Origin: Candidatus Microgenomates bacterium
GTDB lineage: Bacteria > Patescibacteriota > Microgenomatia > UBA8517 > JACQJR01
DNA length: 64,000 nt
Reading direction: 5' to 3'
Assembly (NCBI GenBank): GCA_016204995.1
Contig: JACQJR010000001.1
Span: forward strand, 473,666 to 537,665
The translations under genes were made by a program, and so were the position numbers. Shown here one piece after another: positions 43,796-53,033 of the stretch; the stretch's first letter is position 1; every line of letters starts with the position of its first letter. The notes below the pieces were generated by a model. It was not told where the DNA came from and made no database searches. It was given only the letters and a program-made list of their open reading frames with translations.

Positions 43796-44476
43796 GTGCC
43801 TAATAATATGGCAAAAACAGTGACGCATCAAAATCTGCAAAGTTTATTTGGCCAAGATGATCTTTTGGCGGTCAGTCAAAGTAAAAGTTTTGTCGGCATG
43901 ATTTTTGAATTGTTATCTGAAAAAGAACCAACAGGGCAAGAACTAGCCATTTTTGAATTAATTTTGAATTTGTCAATTGACCATGGTCCAGAGACTCCTT
44001 CGGCTACAGCCGTGATTGAAGCAGCTAAAACCGGTAAAACTATTTCTGAAAGTTTGGCCGCAGGAATTTTACAAATTAATGATGTTCACGGTGGTGCCGG
44101 AGAACAGGCAATGGAACTTTTTTATCAAGTTCAAGGTGAAAAGTTAAAAGTGCAAAGTTTGGTGGAAAATTCTTTAAAAGAAGGAAAGAGGATGGCTGGA
44201 TATGGGCATAGATTGTATGAAGATATAGATCCGCGGGCGCAGTTGATTTTACAAAAACTACAGGAAGTAAATTTAGGAGAGGAATATATTAAGATTGCTC
44301 AAGAAATTGAAGCAGAATTGGCCAGTCAAAAAGGTAAAAAATTACCCTTGAATATTGATGGAGCCATTGCGGTCGTTCTTTGTAGCTTTGGTTGGGAGCC
44401 TAAACTTGCTAAATCTGTCTTCATCATTGCCCGCACTCCCGGCCTCTGTGGACAATTTTTAAATAATTCAAAATAG
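43796..44476 (+). CDS. Citrate synthase-like small protein (candidate citryl-CoA lyase)
   Basis: 226 aa holding only the C-terminal catalytic core of the citrate synthase family (SIDHGPETPS, NDVHGGAGEQAM, GYGHRLYEDIDPRAQ). Confidence 0.65.
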   Translation: MPNNMAKTVTHQNLQSLFGQDDLLAVSQSKSFVGMIFELLSEKEPTGQELAIFELILNLSIDHGPETPSATAVIEAAKTGKTISESLAAGILQINDVHGGAGEQAMELFYQVQGEKLKVQSLVENSLKEGKRMAGYGHRLYEDIDPRAQLILQKLQEVNLGEEYIKIAQEIEAELASQKGKKLPLNIDGAIAVVLCSFGWEPKLAKSVFIIARTPGLCGQFLNNSK

Positions 44477-44512
44477 ACTTAATGTGTTCAAAATGGTAAA
44501 ATATGGCAACAT

Positions 44513-44587
44513 TCCGGTGTAGCTCAATGGTAGAGCAGGTCGCTGTTAACGACAAGGTTAGAGGTCCGAATCCTCTCGCCGGAGCCA
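44513..44587 (+). tRNA. tRNA-Asn (anticodon GTT), CCA encoded
   Basis: TCCGGTG TA GCTCAATGGTAGAGC A GGTCG CTGTTAA CGACA..GAGGTCCGAATCCTCT CGCCGGA G CCA. Confidence 0.8.
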
Positions 44588-44644
44588 GGTGGCACTTAAT
44601 GTACGCAGACTTATTTGTTATGATGGATAAAAGGAGATAAAAGC

Positions 44645-44989
44645 ATGGCAAGTAAAAATATCAACAATAATCTTTTCGTCTATCTGGCAGTAGCTGTTTT
44701 AGTTAGTGGCCTGGTTGGCTACTTGATTGGTAAAAATAACAGACCATTTTCCGAAAGTTATATGAGTGAGACTATTTCAATGATGAAAAGCAATGGTTCT
44801 ACTATGATGCAGATGGGGAAAATGATGATGAGCGATGGTCAGATGATGCAACAGAAGGGTCAAAAGTATGGAGATTCGGAAATGATGCAGCAGGGTAAAG
44901 AACTGGAAGAAAATGGCTCAATGATGCAAAATACAGGGAATGGCATGATGGAACGAGGTACGGGTATGAGTCAAATGATGGGGCAATGA
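44645..44989 (+). CDS. Small N-terminally membrane-anchored Met/Gln-rich low-complexity protein
   Basis: 114 aa. TM helix LFVYLAVAVLVSGLVGYLIG. Then repeated MMQ/MxM motifs (MMQMGKMMMSDGQMMQQKGQ...MMQQGK...MMQNTGNGMMERGTGMSQMMGQ). Confidence 0.5.
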   Translation: MASKNINNNLFVYLAVAVLVSGLVGYLIGKNNRPFSESYMSETISMMKSNGSTMMQMGKMMMSDGQMMQQKGQKYGDSEMMQQGKELEENGSMMQNTGNGMMERGTGMSQMMGQ

Positions 44990-45209
44990 AGATCATACTC
45001 TTGCTTTACCATAATATTATTTCTTCAATCTGGAATACAAGCTTCCACCTTCCAGTCCCGCGTCTAGGCGGGCGGGTGTAATCGGAAGCATGATATCTGC
45101 CAGGTGAGTTAAGTCCCGTAATTGATTTAAGGTGTTGATTTTGCTATATTTCCTCCATGCTCTTACCAGAGATGGAGTTGATATAAGTCTAGAAGGTGGA
45201 GAAGTTTAA

Positions 45210-45692
45210 ATGAAATTAAATAATAGATATTTTATTAGTGGGTTAGTAATGGTGATTATTATTGTTGTTGTAGGTGGGTTTTTAGTTTTAAGACAGAAGG
45301 AAACTGCTCCAAAAATTCACCCCTCGCCAAGTTCCACGCCAGCTGCTACTATTAGTACAGTAAATATGGAAGGATTAAAAATTGAAGAAATCACAGTAGG
45401 TACAGGGGAAGAAGCTGTCAGTGGCAAAAAAGTGACGGTCAATTACGCCGGTACTTTAACTGACGGCACTAAATTTGACAGTTCCTACGATCGCGGCACT
45501 CCTTTTAGCTTTAATTTAGGAGCGGGAGAGGTGATTAAAGGTTGGGATTTAGGGGTAGCCGGGATGAAAGTGGGCGGTAAAAGGAAGCTAACTATTGCCC
45601 CGGAGCTGGGATATGGGGCCAGCGGGGCTGGCGGCGTCATCCCTCCCAACGCTACCTTGATTTTTGAGGTAGAACTACTGAAAGTGGAGTGA
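45210..45692 (+). CDS. FKBP-type peptidyl-prolyl cis-trans isomerase, membrane-anchored
   Basis: VTVNYAGTLTDGTKFDSSYDRGTPFSFNLGAGEVIKGWDLGVAGMKVGGKRKLTIAPELGYG...LIFEVELLKV is a canonical FKBP domain. Confidence 0.8.
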   Translation: MKLNNRYFISGLVMVIIIVVVGGFLVLRQKETAPKIHPSPSSTPAATISTVNMEGLKIEEITVGTGEEAVSGKKVTVNYAGTLTDGTKFDSSYDRGTPFSFNLGAGEVIKGWDLGVAGMKVGGKRKLTIAPELGYGASGAGGVIPPNATLIFEVELLKVE

Positions 45693-45888
45693 AATTAGCT
45701 TTAAATTGGACTTTTAGACTAAGCTGTGTTATACTTCTGTATCGGCAGATTGAGATAATACATCTGCTTAACGAGACTTTTTGAGTTTGTTAGATAAAGG
45801 TACCCCAAATTTATATTAATTTTTTATTGTATCTTTTCTCCATACTTCAGCAATTTCTCCCTTAAGCAGTTGCGTTCTTTCAATTTAT

Positions 45889-47085
45889 ATGTACAGAAAC
45901 AGAAATTCCTCATTTGGGCGACCTAGATTCCGCCGGGGAGGAAACAACCACTTTCGTTCCGGAGGTTTTAGGGGCGGACGCCAAATCAAAAGGATTGATC
46001 CACGTTTCTTTGTGCAAAAAGCGACTGGCGAAGCAGAGGAAGTTTACCAGCCTCAACATGCCTTTGCCGATTTTACATTGCATTGGCAACTGGCCCAAAA
46101 CATTGTCAGCCGCGGTTATATCAATCCTACTCCTATTCAAGACCAGGCTATTCCCTATTTATTGGCAGGCCGTGATTTAGTAGGGACAGCCAGCACTGGT
46201 ACTGGTAAAACCGCAGCCTTTTTAATTCCGCTAATTAATAAAGTAGCTCAAGATCCATTTCAACGGGTTTTAATTGTGGTGCCAACTCGTGAACTGGCAG
46301 TCCAAATTAGGGATGAATTTAACCAATTTGCCAGAGGTTTAAATCAATTCTCCGCTCTTTGTATTGGCGGCGTCAGCATGCGGCCGCAAATTCAATCTTT
46401 ATCCCGCCGGCCTCATTTTGTGATTGGCACACCCGGCCGTTTGCAAGATTTGGAAAGACAAAGAAAATTGTCGTTTGCCTCTTACAATAATATCGTTTTG
46501 GATGAGGTGGATCGGATGTTGGATATGGGCTTTGTCCATGAAGTAACCGAGATAGTTCCCAAGCTGTCTTATCCCCGCCAATCATTATTTTTCTCCGCTA
46601 CTATGACCAGTAATGTCCAACGCGTGATGCAGGGATTTTTGAATAATCCAATCACAGTCGCTGTGCGAGCGACTCAACCTTCTGCCAATGTAGATCAGGA
46701 TATCGTTCGTCTGGCTGGGCAGGCCAAAGTAGATGTCTTGCATAATCTGCTTCAACAAGAGGGTTTTGATAAAGTGTTGGTTTTTGGCCGGACTAAATGG
46801 GGGATGGAGAAATTATCACAAGCATTAGCCCAGAAAGGCCATCGGGTAGCTTCCATTCATGGCAATAAAGGCCAAAGCCAAAGACAAAGAGCCATCACCG
46901 ACTTTAAACAAAATCGGGTTAAGGTCTTATTAGCCACTGATATTGCCTCTCGCGGTTTGGATATTGAAAATGTTACTCATGTGATTAATTTTGACCAGCC
47001 GGAAAGCTATGAAGATTATATTCACAGAATTGGCCGGACCGGCCGGGCTAACCGCAAAGGCATTGCCTTAACCTTCGTGGAGTAA
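45889..47085 (+). CDS. DEAD-box ATP-dependent RNA helicase with an R/G-rich N-terminal tail
   Basis: Q-motif. Walker A ASTGTGKTAAF. DEVD box. SAT. HRIGRTGR. Confidence 0.9.
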   Translation: MYRNRNSSFGRPRFRRGGNNHFRSGGFRGGRQIKRIDPRFFVQKATGEAEEVYQPQHAFADFTLHWQLAQNIVSRGYINPTPIQDQAIPYLLAGRDLVGTASTGTGKTAAFLIPLINKVAQDPFQRVLIVVPTRELAVQIRDEFNQFARGLNQFSALCIGGVSMRPQIQSLSRRPHFVIGTPGRLQDLERQRKLSFASYNNIVLDEVDRMLDMGFVHEVTEIVPKLSYPRQSLFFSATMTSNVQRVMQGFLNNPITVAVRATQPSANVDQDIVRLAGQAKVDVLHNLLQQEGFDKVLVFGRTKWGMEKLSQALAQKGHRVASIHGNKGQSQRQRAITDFKQNRVKVLLATDIASRGLDIENVTHVINFDQPESYEDYIHRIGRTGRANRKGIALTFVE

Positions 47086-47089
47086 ATTT

Positions 47090-48928
47090 ATGAATATCCG
47101 CAACGTTGCCATTATTGCTCACGTTGACCATGGTAAAACTACCTTGGTTGATGCTTTGCTGACCCAATCAAAAACCAAACTCAAAAAATATACGGCGGCG
47201 ACTTTGATTATGGATAGCAATGAGTTGGAGCAAGAACGGGGTATTACTATTTTTTCTAAAAATGCCTCTGTAGTTTGGCAGGATACAAAGATCAATATTA
47301 TTGATACACCAGGCCATGCTGATTTCGGGGGAGAAGTGGAACGGGTTTTAACCATGGCTGATGGCTGTTTACTGTTAATTGATGCCAAAGAAGGGCCGAT
47401 GCCTCAAACCAGGTTTGTTCTTAAAAAAGCTTTGGAAATGAAGCATAAAATTATTGTGGTAGTTAATAAAATTGACCGGCCGGACGCCCGGATTAATTAT
47501 GTTCTTGATAAAACTTTAGATTTATTTTTAGAGTTAGGGGCAGATGACGAGACAGCTGATTTCCCCATTGTTTATGCTTCGGCCAAAGTTGGTAAGGCAG
47601 GTTTCGCCGATAAACTTAGTGAGATGACTGATATCTCGCCGGTTTTTGAGGCCATTTTAGAGCATGTACCTGCTCCTTCCGGAAATAATGAAACTCCTTT
47701 ACAGATGTTAGTGACCAATATCACTCGCGATCTGCATCGGGGTCGGATTGCTATTGGTAGAATTTACAATGGTACTATGAGCGCGGGACAAGAGGTTATG
47801 TATATTAACCGACAAGGTGTACAAAATAAATATAAGTTAACTTCTTTGATGACTTTTGAAGGCTTAGAACGAGTGGAAACAACCTGGGGTGAAACCGGCG
47901 ATATCGTGGCTATTTCCGGAATTTCCGATATTACTATTGGTGAAACCATTGCCGATGTGACAAATCCTATCGCTTTACCACTCCTTGACATTGAAGAGCC
48001 GACCATGAAGATGACTTTTATGGCCAATTCTTCTCCTTTTGCTGGCCTTGAAGGTGAGTTTAAAACCGCCCGCCAAATCCGCGAGAGGCTTTATAAAGAA
48101 TTGGAAACAGACATGGCCTTAAAGGTAGTAGATGATGCGCGAGGGGGTTGGGAAGCCTCCGGCCGGGGCGAGCTGCATTTGGCTATTTTAATTGAGCGGA
48201 TGAGACGGGAAGGCTATGAATTTCAGGTGGAAAGTCCGCAAGTAATTGAAAAGCAAACTGCCGATGGTATTCTGACTCCTTATGAACGGGTATTAATAGA
48301 AGTGCCGGAAGAATTTTCCGGTATTGTCATGCAAAAAATGGGCTCCAGACATGGCGAGCTGCAGGATATGAAGTCGGAAAACGGCCTAGTCACCATGGAA
48401 TTTGTAATCGCGACCCGCAGCTTTTTCCGCTATAGAAGTGAGTTTATGACAGATACTCATGGTTTAGGAGTAATTAATGCCTCGTTTTATCAATTTGGCA
48501 AGGGCGGCGAGTCTTATAATCGGGAACAAGGGTCACTGGTGGCTCATGAAAGCGGCCTTACTAATGCTTATGGGTTAACCAATGCCCAAGACCGTGGTTT
48601 ATTGTTCATCGGGCCAGGAGTACCGGTTTATAAAGGACAAGTAGTGGGGAGGCACGCTCGGTCAGGAGATTTGCGGGTGAATGTTTGTAAGACTAAACAG
48701 CTGACTAATCATCGCTCTAAAGGAGAAGGAGTGACAGAATATTTTAAGACCCCGCATGTGATGGATTTGGAAGAGGCTTTGGAATATATCGCAGATGATG
48801 AATTAGTAGAAGTAACTCCCAAAAATATTAGGATTCGCAAGAAAATATTAGATGAGATGGAGGAACGTCGTAAACGCTCTCAAGGCTTGATGTCTAGGGA
48901 GAAGGTAGATATGGTAAACTTAATTTAA
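47090..48928 (+). CDS. typA: Translational GTPase TypA/BipA
   Basis: AIIAHVDHGKTTLVDALL G1 motif, DTPGHADF G3 motif, NKIDR G4 motif. 612 aa. Confidence 0.9.
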   Translation: MNIRNVAIIAHVDHGKTTLVDALLTQSKTKLKKYTAATLIMDSNELEQERGITIFSKNASVVWQDTKINIIDTPGHADFGGEVERVLTMADGCLLLIDAKEGPMPQTRFVLKKALEMKHKIIVVVNKIDRPDARINYVLDKTLDLFLELGADDETADFPIVYASAKVGKAGFADKLSEMTDISPVFEAILEHVPAPSGNNETPLQMLVTNITRDLHRGRIAIGRIYNGTMSAGQEVMYINRQGVQNKYKLTSLMTFEGLERVETTWGETGDIVAISGISDITIGETIADVTNPIALPLLDIEEPTMKMTFMANSSPFAGLEGEFKTARQIRERLYKELETDMALKVVDDARGGWEASGRGELHLAILIERMRREGYEFQVESPQVIEKQTADGILTPYERVLIEVPEEFSGIVMQKMGSRHGELQDMKSENGLVTMEFVIATRSFFRYRSEFMTDTHGLGVINASFYQFGKGGESYNREQGSLVAHESGLTNAYGLTNAQDRGLLFIGPGVPVYKGQVVGRHARSGDLRVNVCKTKQLTNHRSKGEGVTEYFKTPHVMDLEEALEYIADDELVEVTPKNIRIRKKILDEMEERRKRSQGLMSREKVDMVNLI

Positions 48929-49089
48929 TGAGAGGAATTAAAAAGTTAATATTTGTGGGTTTAATTGGAATTGGAGGACTACTTCTAACTTTAGCCGGAC
49001 TTAATTTAATCTCTCTATCAGAAACTTTAATTTTATACGCCGGTATCTTACTATTGGTGGTTTCCACGCTGTTATATTTCTTCCTGTAA
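48928..49089 (+). CDS. Candidate small two-TM membrane protein (53 aa) whose ATG overlaps the typA stop (TAATG). Not in the ORF track.
   Basis: MRGIKKLIFVGLIGIGGLLLTLAGLNLISLSETLILYAGILLLVVSTLLYFFL gives two clean hydrophobic helices. Confidence 0.3.
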   Translation: MRGIKKLIFVGLIGIGGLLLTLAGLNLISLSETLILYAGILLLVVSTLLYFFL

Positions 49090-49092
49090 ATT

Positions 49093-49110
49093 TACGTAAT
49101 TAGTTACGTA
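49093..49110. terminator. Hairpin tacgtaa-ttag-ttacgta between convergent genes (candidate bidirectional terminator)
   Basis: 7 bp perfect stem, 4 nt loop, between the small ORF's stop and the GDSL gene's stop. Confidence 0.35.
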
Positions 49111-49915
49111 ACTCGCGCAGTTTTATACTTTTGGCAATCAATTCGGCGACGTATATTTGTCCTTCTTTGGACGGATGAATGTTGTCATAAGAATCGGTGT
49201 ATCTTCCATCTCCAAACTTTCCATTCACAGAGGTGGCTGTATAAGCATCAATTAATTTAACTTTGGGTATCTCATGCACTAAGGTAATGACATTTTCCAA
49301 ATTATTGGCAATTTGAGTAGATTGAGCGCGGCTCAATTCTTCCGGCCAATTTGGTCCGCCTTCTCCCTTTCCAAAATCTTTCTCCAGTGGCGCAATTTCG
49401 GCCAGGAGATAAACTTGTGATTGAGTATTAATTGCTTCCTGGACGAGCTTTGCTAAGTTTTCCTTATATTTTGATGAGTCGTAAGGAAAAGGTGGGTTAT
49501 AGGCAAAAGAACCTACAATCAGAATGTCAGGGTGTAAATGAGTAAGCGACGGATAGTCTCTATCGCCATGATTAAAAGGTAAAGAAAAGCGTGCCAGACC
49601 TTCCACGACATTTTGCGAGCCAAGGCCATAGTTATAAAGCTTAAAAGTGACGCCTGGATATTTTTCCCTTAAGGCGGCATCCAAATATTCCAAACCCTCT
49701 CCCATAGTTTCCACCATAGAATCGCCGATAATGGCAATAGAATAGACTCGCGTAGTATCTATGCCTAACACATTGGGAAATTTAGAGAAAATCGTCAGTT
49801 TAACAAATCCAATAAGCAGAAGAAAAATTATAAACCAACGCAGGGACTGCATGTAACTATCATACCATCTTGGTGAAACTGTATAATAAAAAATAACATG
49901 AACTACGTTCATCAC
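49100..49915 (-). CDS. SGNH/GDSL-family hydrolase, membrane-anchored
   Basis: N-terminal TM. GDS motif IAIIGDSMVETMG. A DxxH-like motif near the C-terminus (DNIHPS). Confidence 0.6.
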   Translation of the reverse strand: MMNVVHVIFYYTVSPRWYDSYMQSLRWFIIFLLLIGFVKLTIFSKFPNVLGIDTTRVYSIAIIGDSMVETMGEGLEYLDAALREKYPGVTFKLYNYGLGSQNVVEGLARFSLPFNHGDRDYPSLTHLHPDILIVGSFAYNPPFPYDSSKYKENLAKLVQEAINTQSQVYLLAEIAPLEKDFGKGEGGPNWPEELSRAQSTQIANNLENVITLVHEIPKVKLIDAYTATSVNGKFGDGRYTDSYDNIHPSKEGQIYVAELIAKSIKLRELRN

Positions 49916-50458
49916 TGGAAATATAAAAATCTCACCATTGCTTTAACTGGTATTATACTGGCCATTATTCTTTCTCAAATTGAGGCCTTTCATTATTTCC
50001 TTTTGCATCTGGGTAGTTTTGGCTATGTGGGGTTATTTATTGGGGGAATGCTTTTTACTTCCATGTTCACTGCGGCAACCAGCATTTTAATTATCTCCAC
50101 GCTGGCTGAAAACATTTCTCCTCTAACAATCGGTTTAATCGGAGGAGCTGGAGCAGTGATAGGCGATCTATTAATCCTTAATTTGATTAAAGACAATTTG
50201 GCTGCCGAAATTGAGAGTGTTTATGACAATTTAGACAGTAAGGGCTATTTCAAGAAATTATTTCACTCTAAATATTTTAATTGGATGTTGCCGGTAATTG
50301 GAGCTATGATTATTGTTTCACCACTGCCGGATGAACTGGGTATTAGTTTAATTGGATTGTCCAATATCAGTAAAACCAAGTTTATTCTTCTATCTTACTT
50401 TTTAAATTCTCTGGGAATTTTTTTGATTGCTTCGGCTTCCATGCTCATCAGGCTTTAA
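49898..50458 (+). CDS. Polytopic small membrane protein (hypothetical)
   Basis: 186 aa with 4-5 hydrophobic helices. Confidence 0.4.
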   Translation: MNYVHHWKYKNLTIALTGIILAIILSQIEAFHYFLLHLGSFGYVGLFIGGMLFTSMFTAATSILIISTLAENISPLTIGLIGGAGAVIGDLLILNLIKDNLAAEIESVYDNLDSKGYFKKLFHSKYFNWMLPVIGAMIIVSPLPDELGISLIGLSNISKTKFILLSYFLNSLGIFLIASASMLIRL

Positions 50459-50468
50459 GAAAACTACC

Positions 50469-52916
50469 ATGCTGCCAAATGAACCGGGCTTATCGGATGA
50501 AGAAGTAAAAAAGAGCCAGCTTAAGTATGGCTTAAATATTTTACCTGAAAAACCGCCTCCGAGTAAGTTTGCTTTGCTCGTTCAACAATTAAAGAGTCCC
50601 CTGATTTACGTTTTACTGGTAGCAGCCCTTATTACTCTGGCGATTGGTCATTTTTCCGATGCGGCAATTATTTTATTAGCAGTTTTTATTAATACTATTT
50701 TAGGTTTTATTCAGGAAAATAAAGCTACCAAGGCGTTGCTGGCGCTTAAGGAGTACGTTACCAATAAAGCTATAGTCATTCGATCGGGCAAGAGGATGTC
50801 TGTTAACACTGCGGAAGTTGTGCCCGGGGATTTAGTGATTTTAGATCAGGGGGTAAGGATATGCGCAGATGGTAAGCTGGCATTTGCCAATCGTTTTTAT
50901 GTAGACGAGTCTATTCTCACCGGCGAGAGCGTGCCGGTTAATAAGACTCGTGGGGAAGATGTTTTTATGGGGACCATCGTGGCTGCCGGACAAGCGTTAA
51001 TGAGAGTGGAGGCAATTGGCTTGGCGACCAAGATGGGGATAATTGCCCGTCATTTACAGAAACCAGAAGAGGAAACACCGCTTCAGCGTCAGCTCAAAGG
51101 TTTCAGCAAACAACTGGTATTAATGATTGGGTTACTAACAGTATTGGTTTTTATTTTAGGTATTTTATATAAATTCAGCGTTACGAAAATATTTATTACT
51201 TCTGTGGCACTAGCTGTCTCCAGCATTCCTGAAGGGTTATTAGTATCGCTAACTGTGGTGCTGGCTATAGGTATGCAAAAGATAGTTAAGCGTCGGGGTT
51301 TGGTGAGGAGACTATCAGCAGCTGAAGCATTAGGAGGAGTAACAGTAATTTGTGTGGATAAAACTGGCACCTTAACGCAGGGAAAGATGAAAGTAGTTGA
51401 ATTTATGGGAGACAAAAAAGCCCTAGCAGAGCAATCTCTTTTAGCAAATGATTTGGATGACCCAATTGTTATTGCGGCATTTGAATGGGGGCGTACCATC
51501 ATAAAAAATTTTGTCGCCGAGCATCTTCGGTTGGACAGCATTCTTTTCTCTTCACAGGAACGGTTTTTTGTCAGCCTCCATCAGTGGTCGGACAAAAGTA
51601 ATATGTTGTATGTTAACGGAGCTCCAGAGCTTCTTTTGGGATGGACAAAGGTGTCAGAAGAAGAGAAGAAAGAGATTATGGCTAACATTGATGCTTTGAC
51701 CAAACAAGGTAAAAAGTTGATCGGTTTTGCCCGCAAAGAGATATCTTCCGCTAAGAAAAATTTAGAAGGAGTTGCTATTAAGGAAAGTTTAACTTGGGTA
51801 GGTATTCTGGCTTTTTCCGATCCCGTGCGGTTAGGGGTGAAGGAGGCGCTTAAGCTAGCTCAAGAAGCCGGTATAAAAACCGTGGTGATTACCGGGGATT
51901 ATCAGAAAACCTCAGAGTTTGTCTTATCAGCTCTAGGGTTAACTGTTAACAAAAAAGAAATCATGACAGGGCAGGATCTGGGAAATTTAACCGTTGATGA
52001 GTTGTCGCACCGAGTAAAATCAATCCGGCTATTTGCCAGAACCACGCCTGACCAAAAATTAATGATTGTGGAGGCGCTTAAAAGAAATAGAGAGGTAGTA
52101 GCGATGATGGGTGATGGGGTGAATGATGCGCCGGCTTTATATAAAGCCGATATAGGTATAGCAGTGGGTGAGGCGACTGACGTAGCTAAAGAATCATCAG
52201 GTTTAATCCTGTTGGACTCTAATTTTTCTACCATAGTGGCAGCCATTGAGGAAGGAAGGGCTATTTTTGAAAATATCCGCAAAATCATTTTGTACTTGAT
52301 GAGCGATGCTTTTGTGGAGATTATGGTAGTCGTCGGCAGTATAGCTTTAGGTTTACCTTTGCCTATCACAGCTGCTCAAATTCTTTGGATAAATTTAGTG
52401 TCTGATGGATTTCCCGTCTTGGCTTTAACTGTTGATCCAAAGAGAGTTAACATTATGCGGGAGAAACCCAGGCGGTTGGGCGAGCGCCTGTTTAACAGAT
52501 GGATGATAATACTTATAAGTTTAGTAAGCGTAGTAGCTGGTTTGATAGCCCTGACTTCCTTTATTGTTGTCTACAAGGTTTCAGGTGATGTTACTGTGGC
52601 TCGTTCTTTTACTTTTATTGTACTGAGCCTCAATTCTTTAGCCTATGTTTTTTCGGCTAGAACTCTGATGACACCTTTCTGGAAGAACCATTTGCTGGAG
52701 AATAAATGGTTGGTGTTGGCCGTACTCGCGGGATTTAGTTTGCAGATACTACCCTTTTTAACACCTGCTTTAAGACAGTTTTTTGGCCTGGAAAGTCTTA
52801 GCTTAATTTATTGGCTAGTGGCAGTTGGTTTATCAATTTTACTGTTTTTAACAGTGGAGGTATTTAAATTAATTTATCAGCAAAAAGCAGAAAACCACGG
52901 ATTTATCCGTGGATGA
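50469..52916 (+). CDS. P-type cation-transporting ATPase, type II (Ca2+/Mg2+-like). Start placed at MLPNEPGL.
   Basis: DKTGTLTQG phosphorylation motif. PEGL motif in TM4. MMGDGVNDAPAL hinge. No CPC metal-binding motif. Confidence 0.85.
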   Translation: MLPNEPGLSDEEVKKSQLKYGLNILPEKPPPSKFALLVQQLKSPLIYVLLVAALITLAIGHFSDAAIILLAVFINTILGFIQENKATKALLALKEYVTNKAIVIRSGKRMSVNTAEVVPGDLVILDQGVRICADGKLAFANRFYVDESILTGESVPVNKTRGEDVFMGTIVAAGQALMRVEAIGLATKMGIIARHLQKPEEETPLQRQLKGFSKQLVLMIGLLTVLVFILGILYKFSVTKIFITSVALAVSSIPEGLLVSLTVVLAIGMQKIVKRRGLVRRLSAAEALGGVTVICVDKTGTLTQGKMKVVEFMGDKKALAEQSLLANDLDDPIVIAAFEWGRTIIKNFVAEHLRLDSILFSSQERFFVSLHQWSDKSNMLYVNGAPELLLGWTKVSEEEKKEIMANIDALTKQGKKLIGFARKEISSAKKNLEGVAIKESLTWVGILAFSDPVRLGVKEALKLAQEAGIKTVVITGDYQKTSEFVLSALGLTVNKKEIMTGQDLGNLTVDELSHRVKSIRLFARTTPDQKLMIVEALKRNREVVAMMGDGVNDAPALYKADIGIAVGEATDVAKESSGLILLDSNFSTIVAAIEEGRAIFENIRKIILYLMSDAFVEIMVVVGSIALGLPLPITAAQILWINLVSDGFPVLALTVDPKRVNIMREKPRRLGERLFNRWMIILISLVSVVAGLIALTSFIVVYKVSGDVTVARSFTFIVLSLNSLAYVFSARTLMTPFWKNHLLENKWLVLAVLAGFSLQILPFLTPALRQFFGLESLSLIYWLVAVGLSILLFLTVEVFKLIYQQKAENHGFIRG

Positions 52917-52960
52917 ATGCTTTTCTTCGCCGAAGGCGAGTCAGCGTAACAGCTTTGCTG

Positions 52961-53015
52961 TGAAGCTGTATGAGAAGATACCACGGCTCCAGCCGTGGAG
53001 CTTCATCAAAAGTTA
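52961..53015. terminator. Nested hairpin (tgaagct...cacggctccagccgtg...agcttca) between the convergent ATPase and the minus-strand gene
   Basis: Outer 7 bp stem and inner 7 bp stem (cacggct/agccgtg), GC-rich. Confidence 0.4.
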
Positions 53016-53033
53016 CATAAAAATCGTCTGTAG

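Noticed and set aside
44424-44651. 75 aa minus-strand ORF
   Set aside because: Antisense to tRNA-Asn and to the end of the citrate-synthase-like gene.
50469-52916. P-type ATPase considered as a copper exporter linked to the Met-rich protein and cupredoxin
   Set aside because: It has the PEGL motif of type II (Ca/Mg-like) pumps. It lacks the CPC/CPH transmembrane motif and N-terminal CxxC metal-binding domains of P1B copper ATPases.
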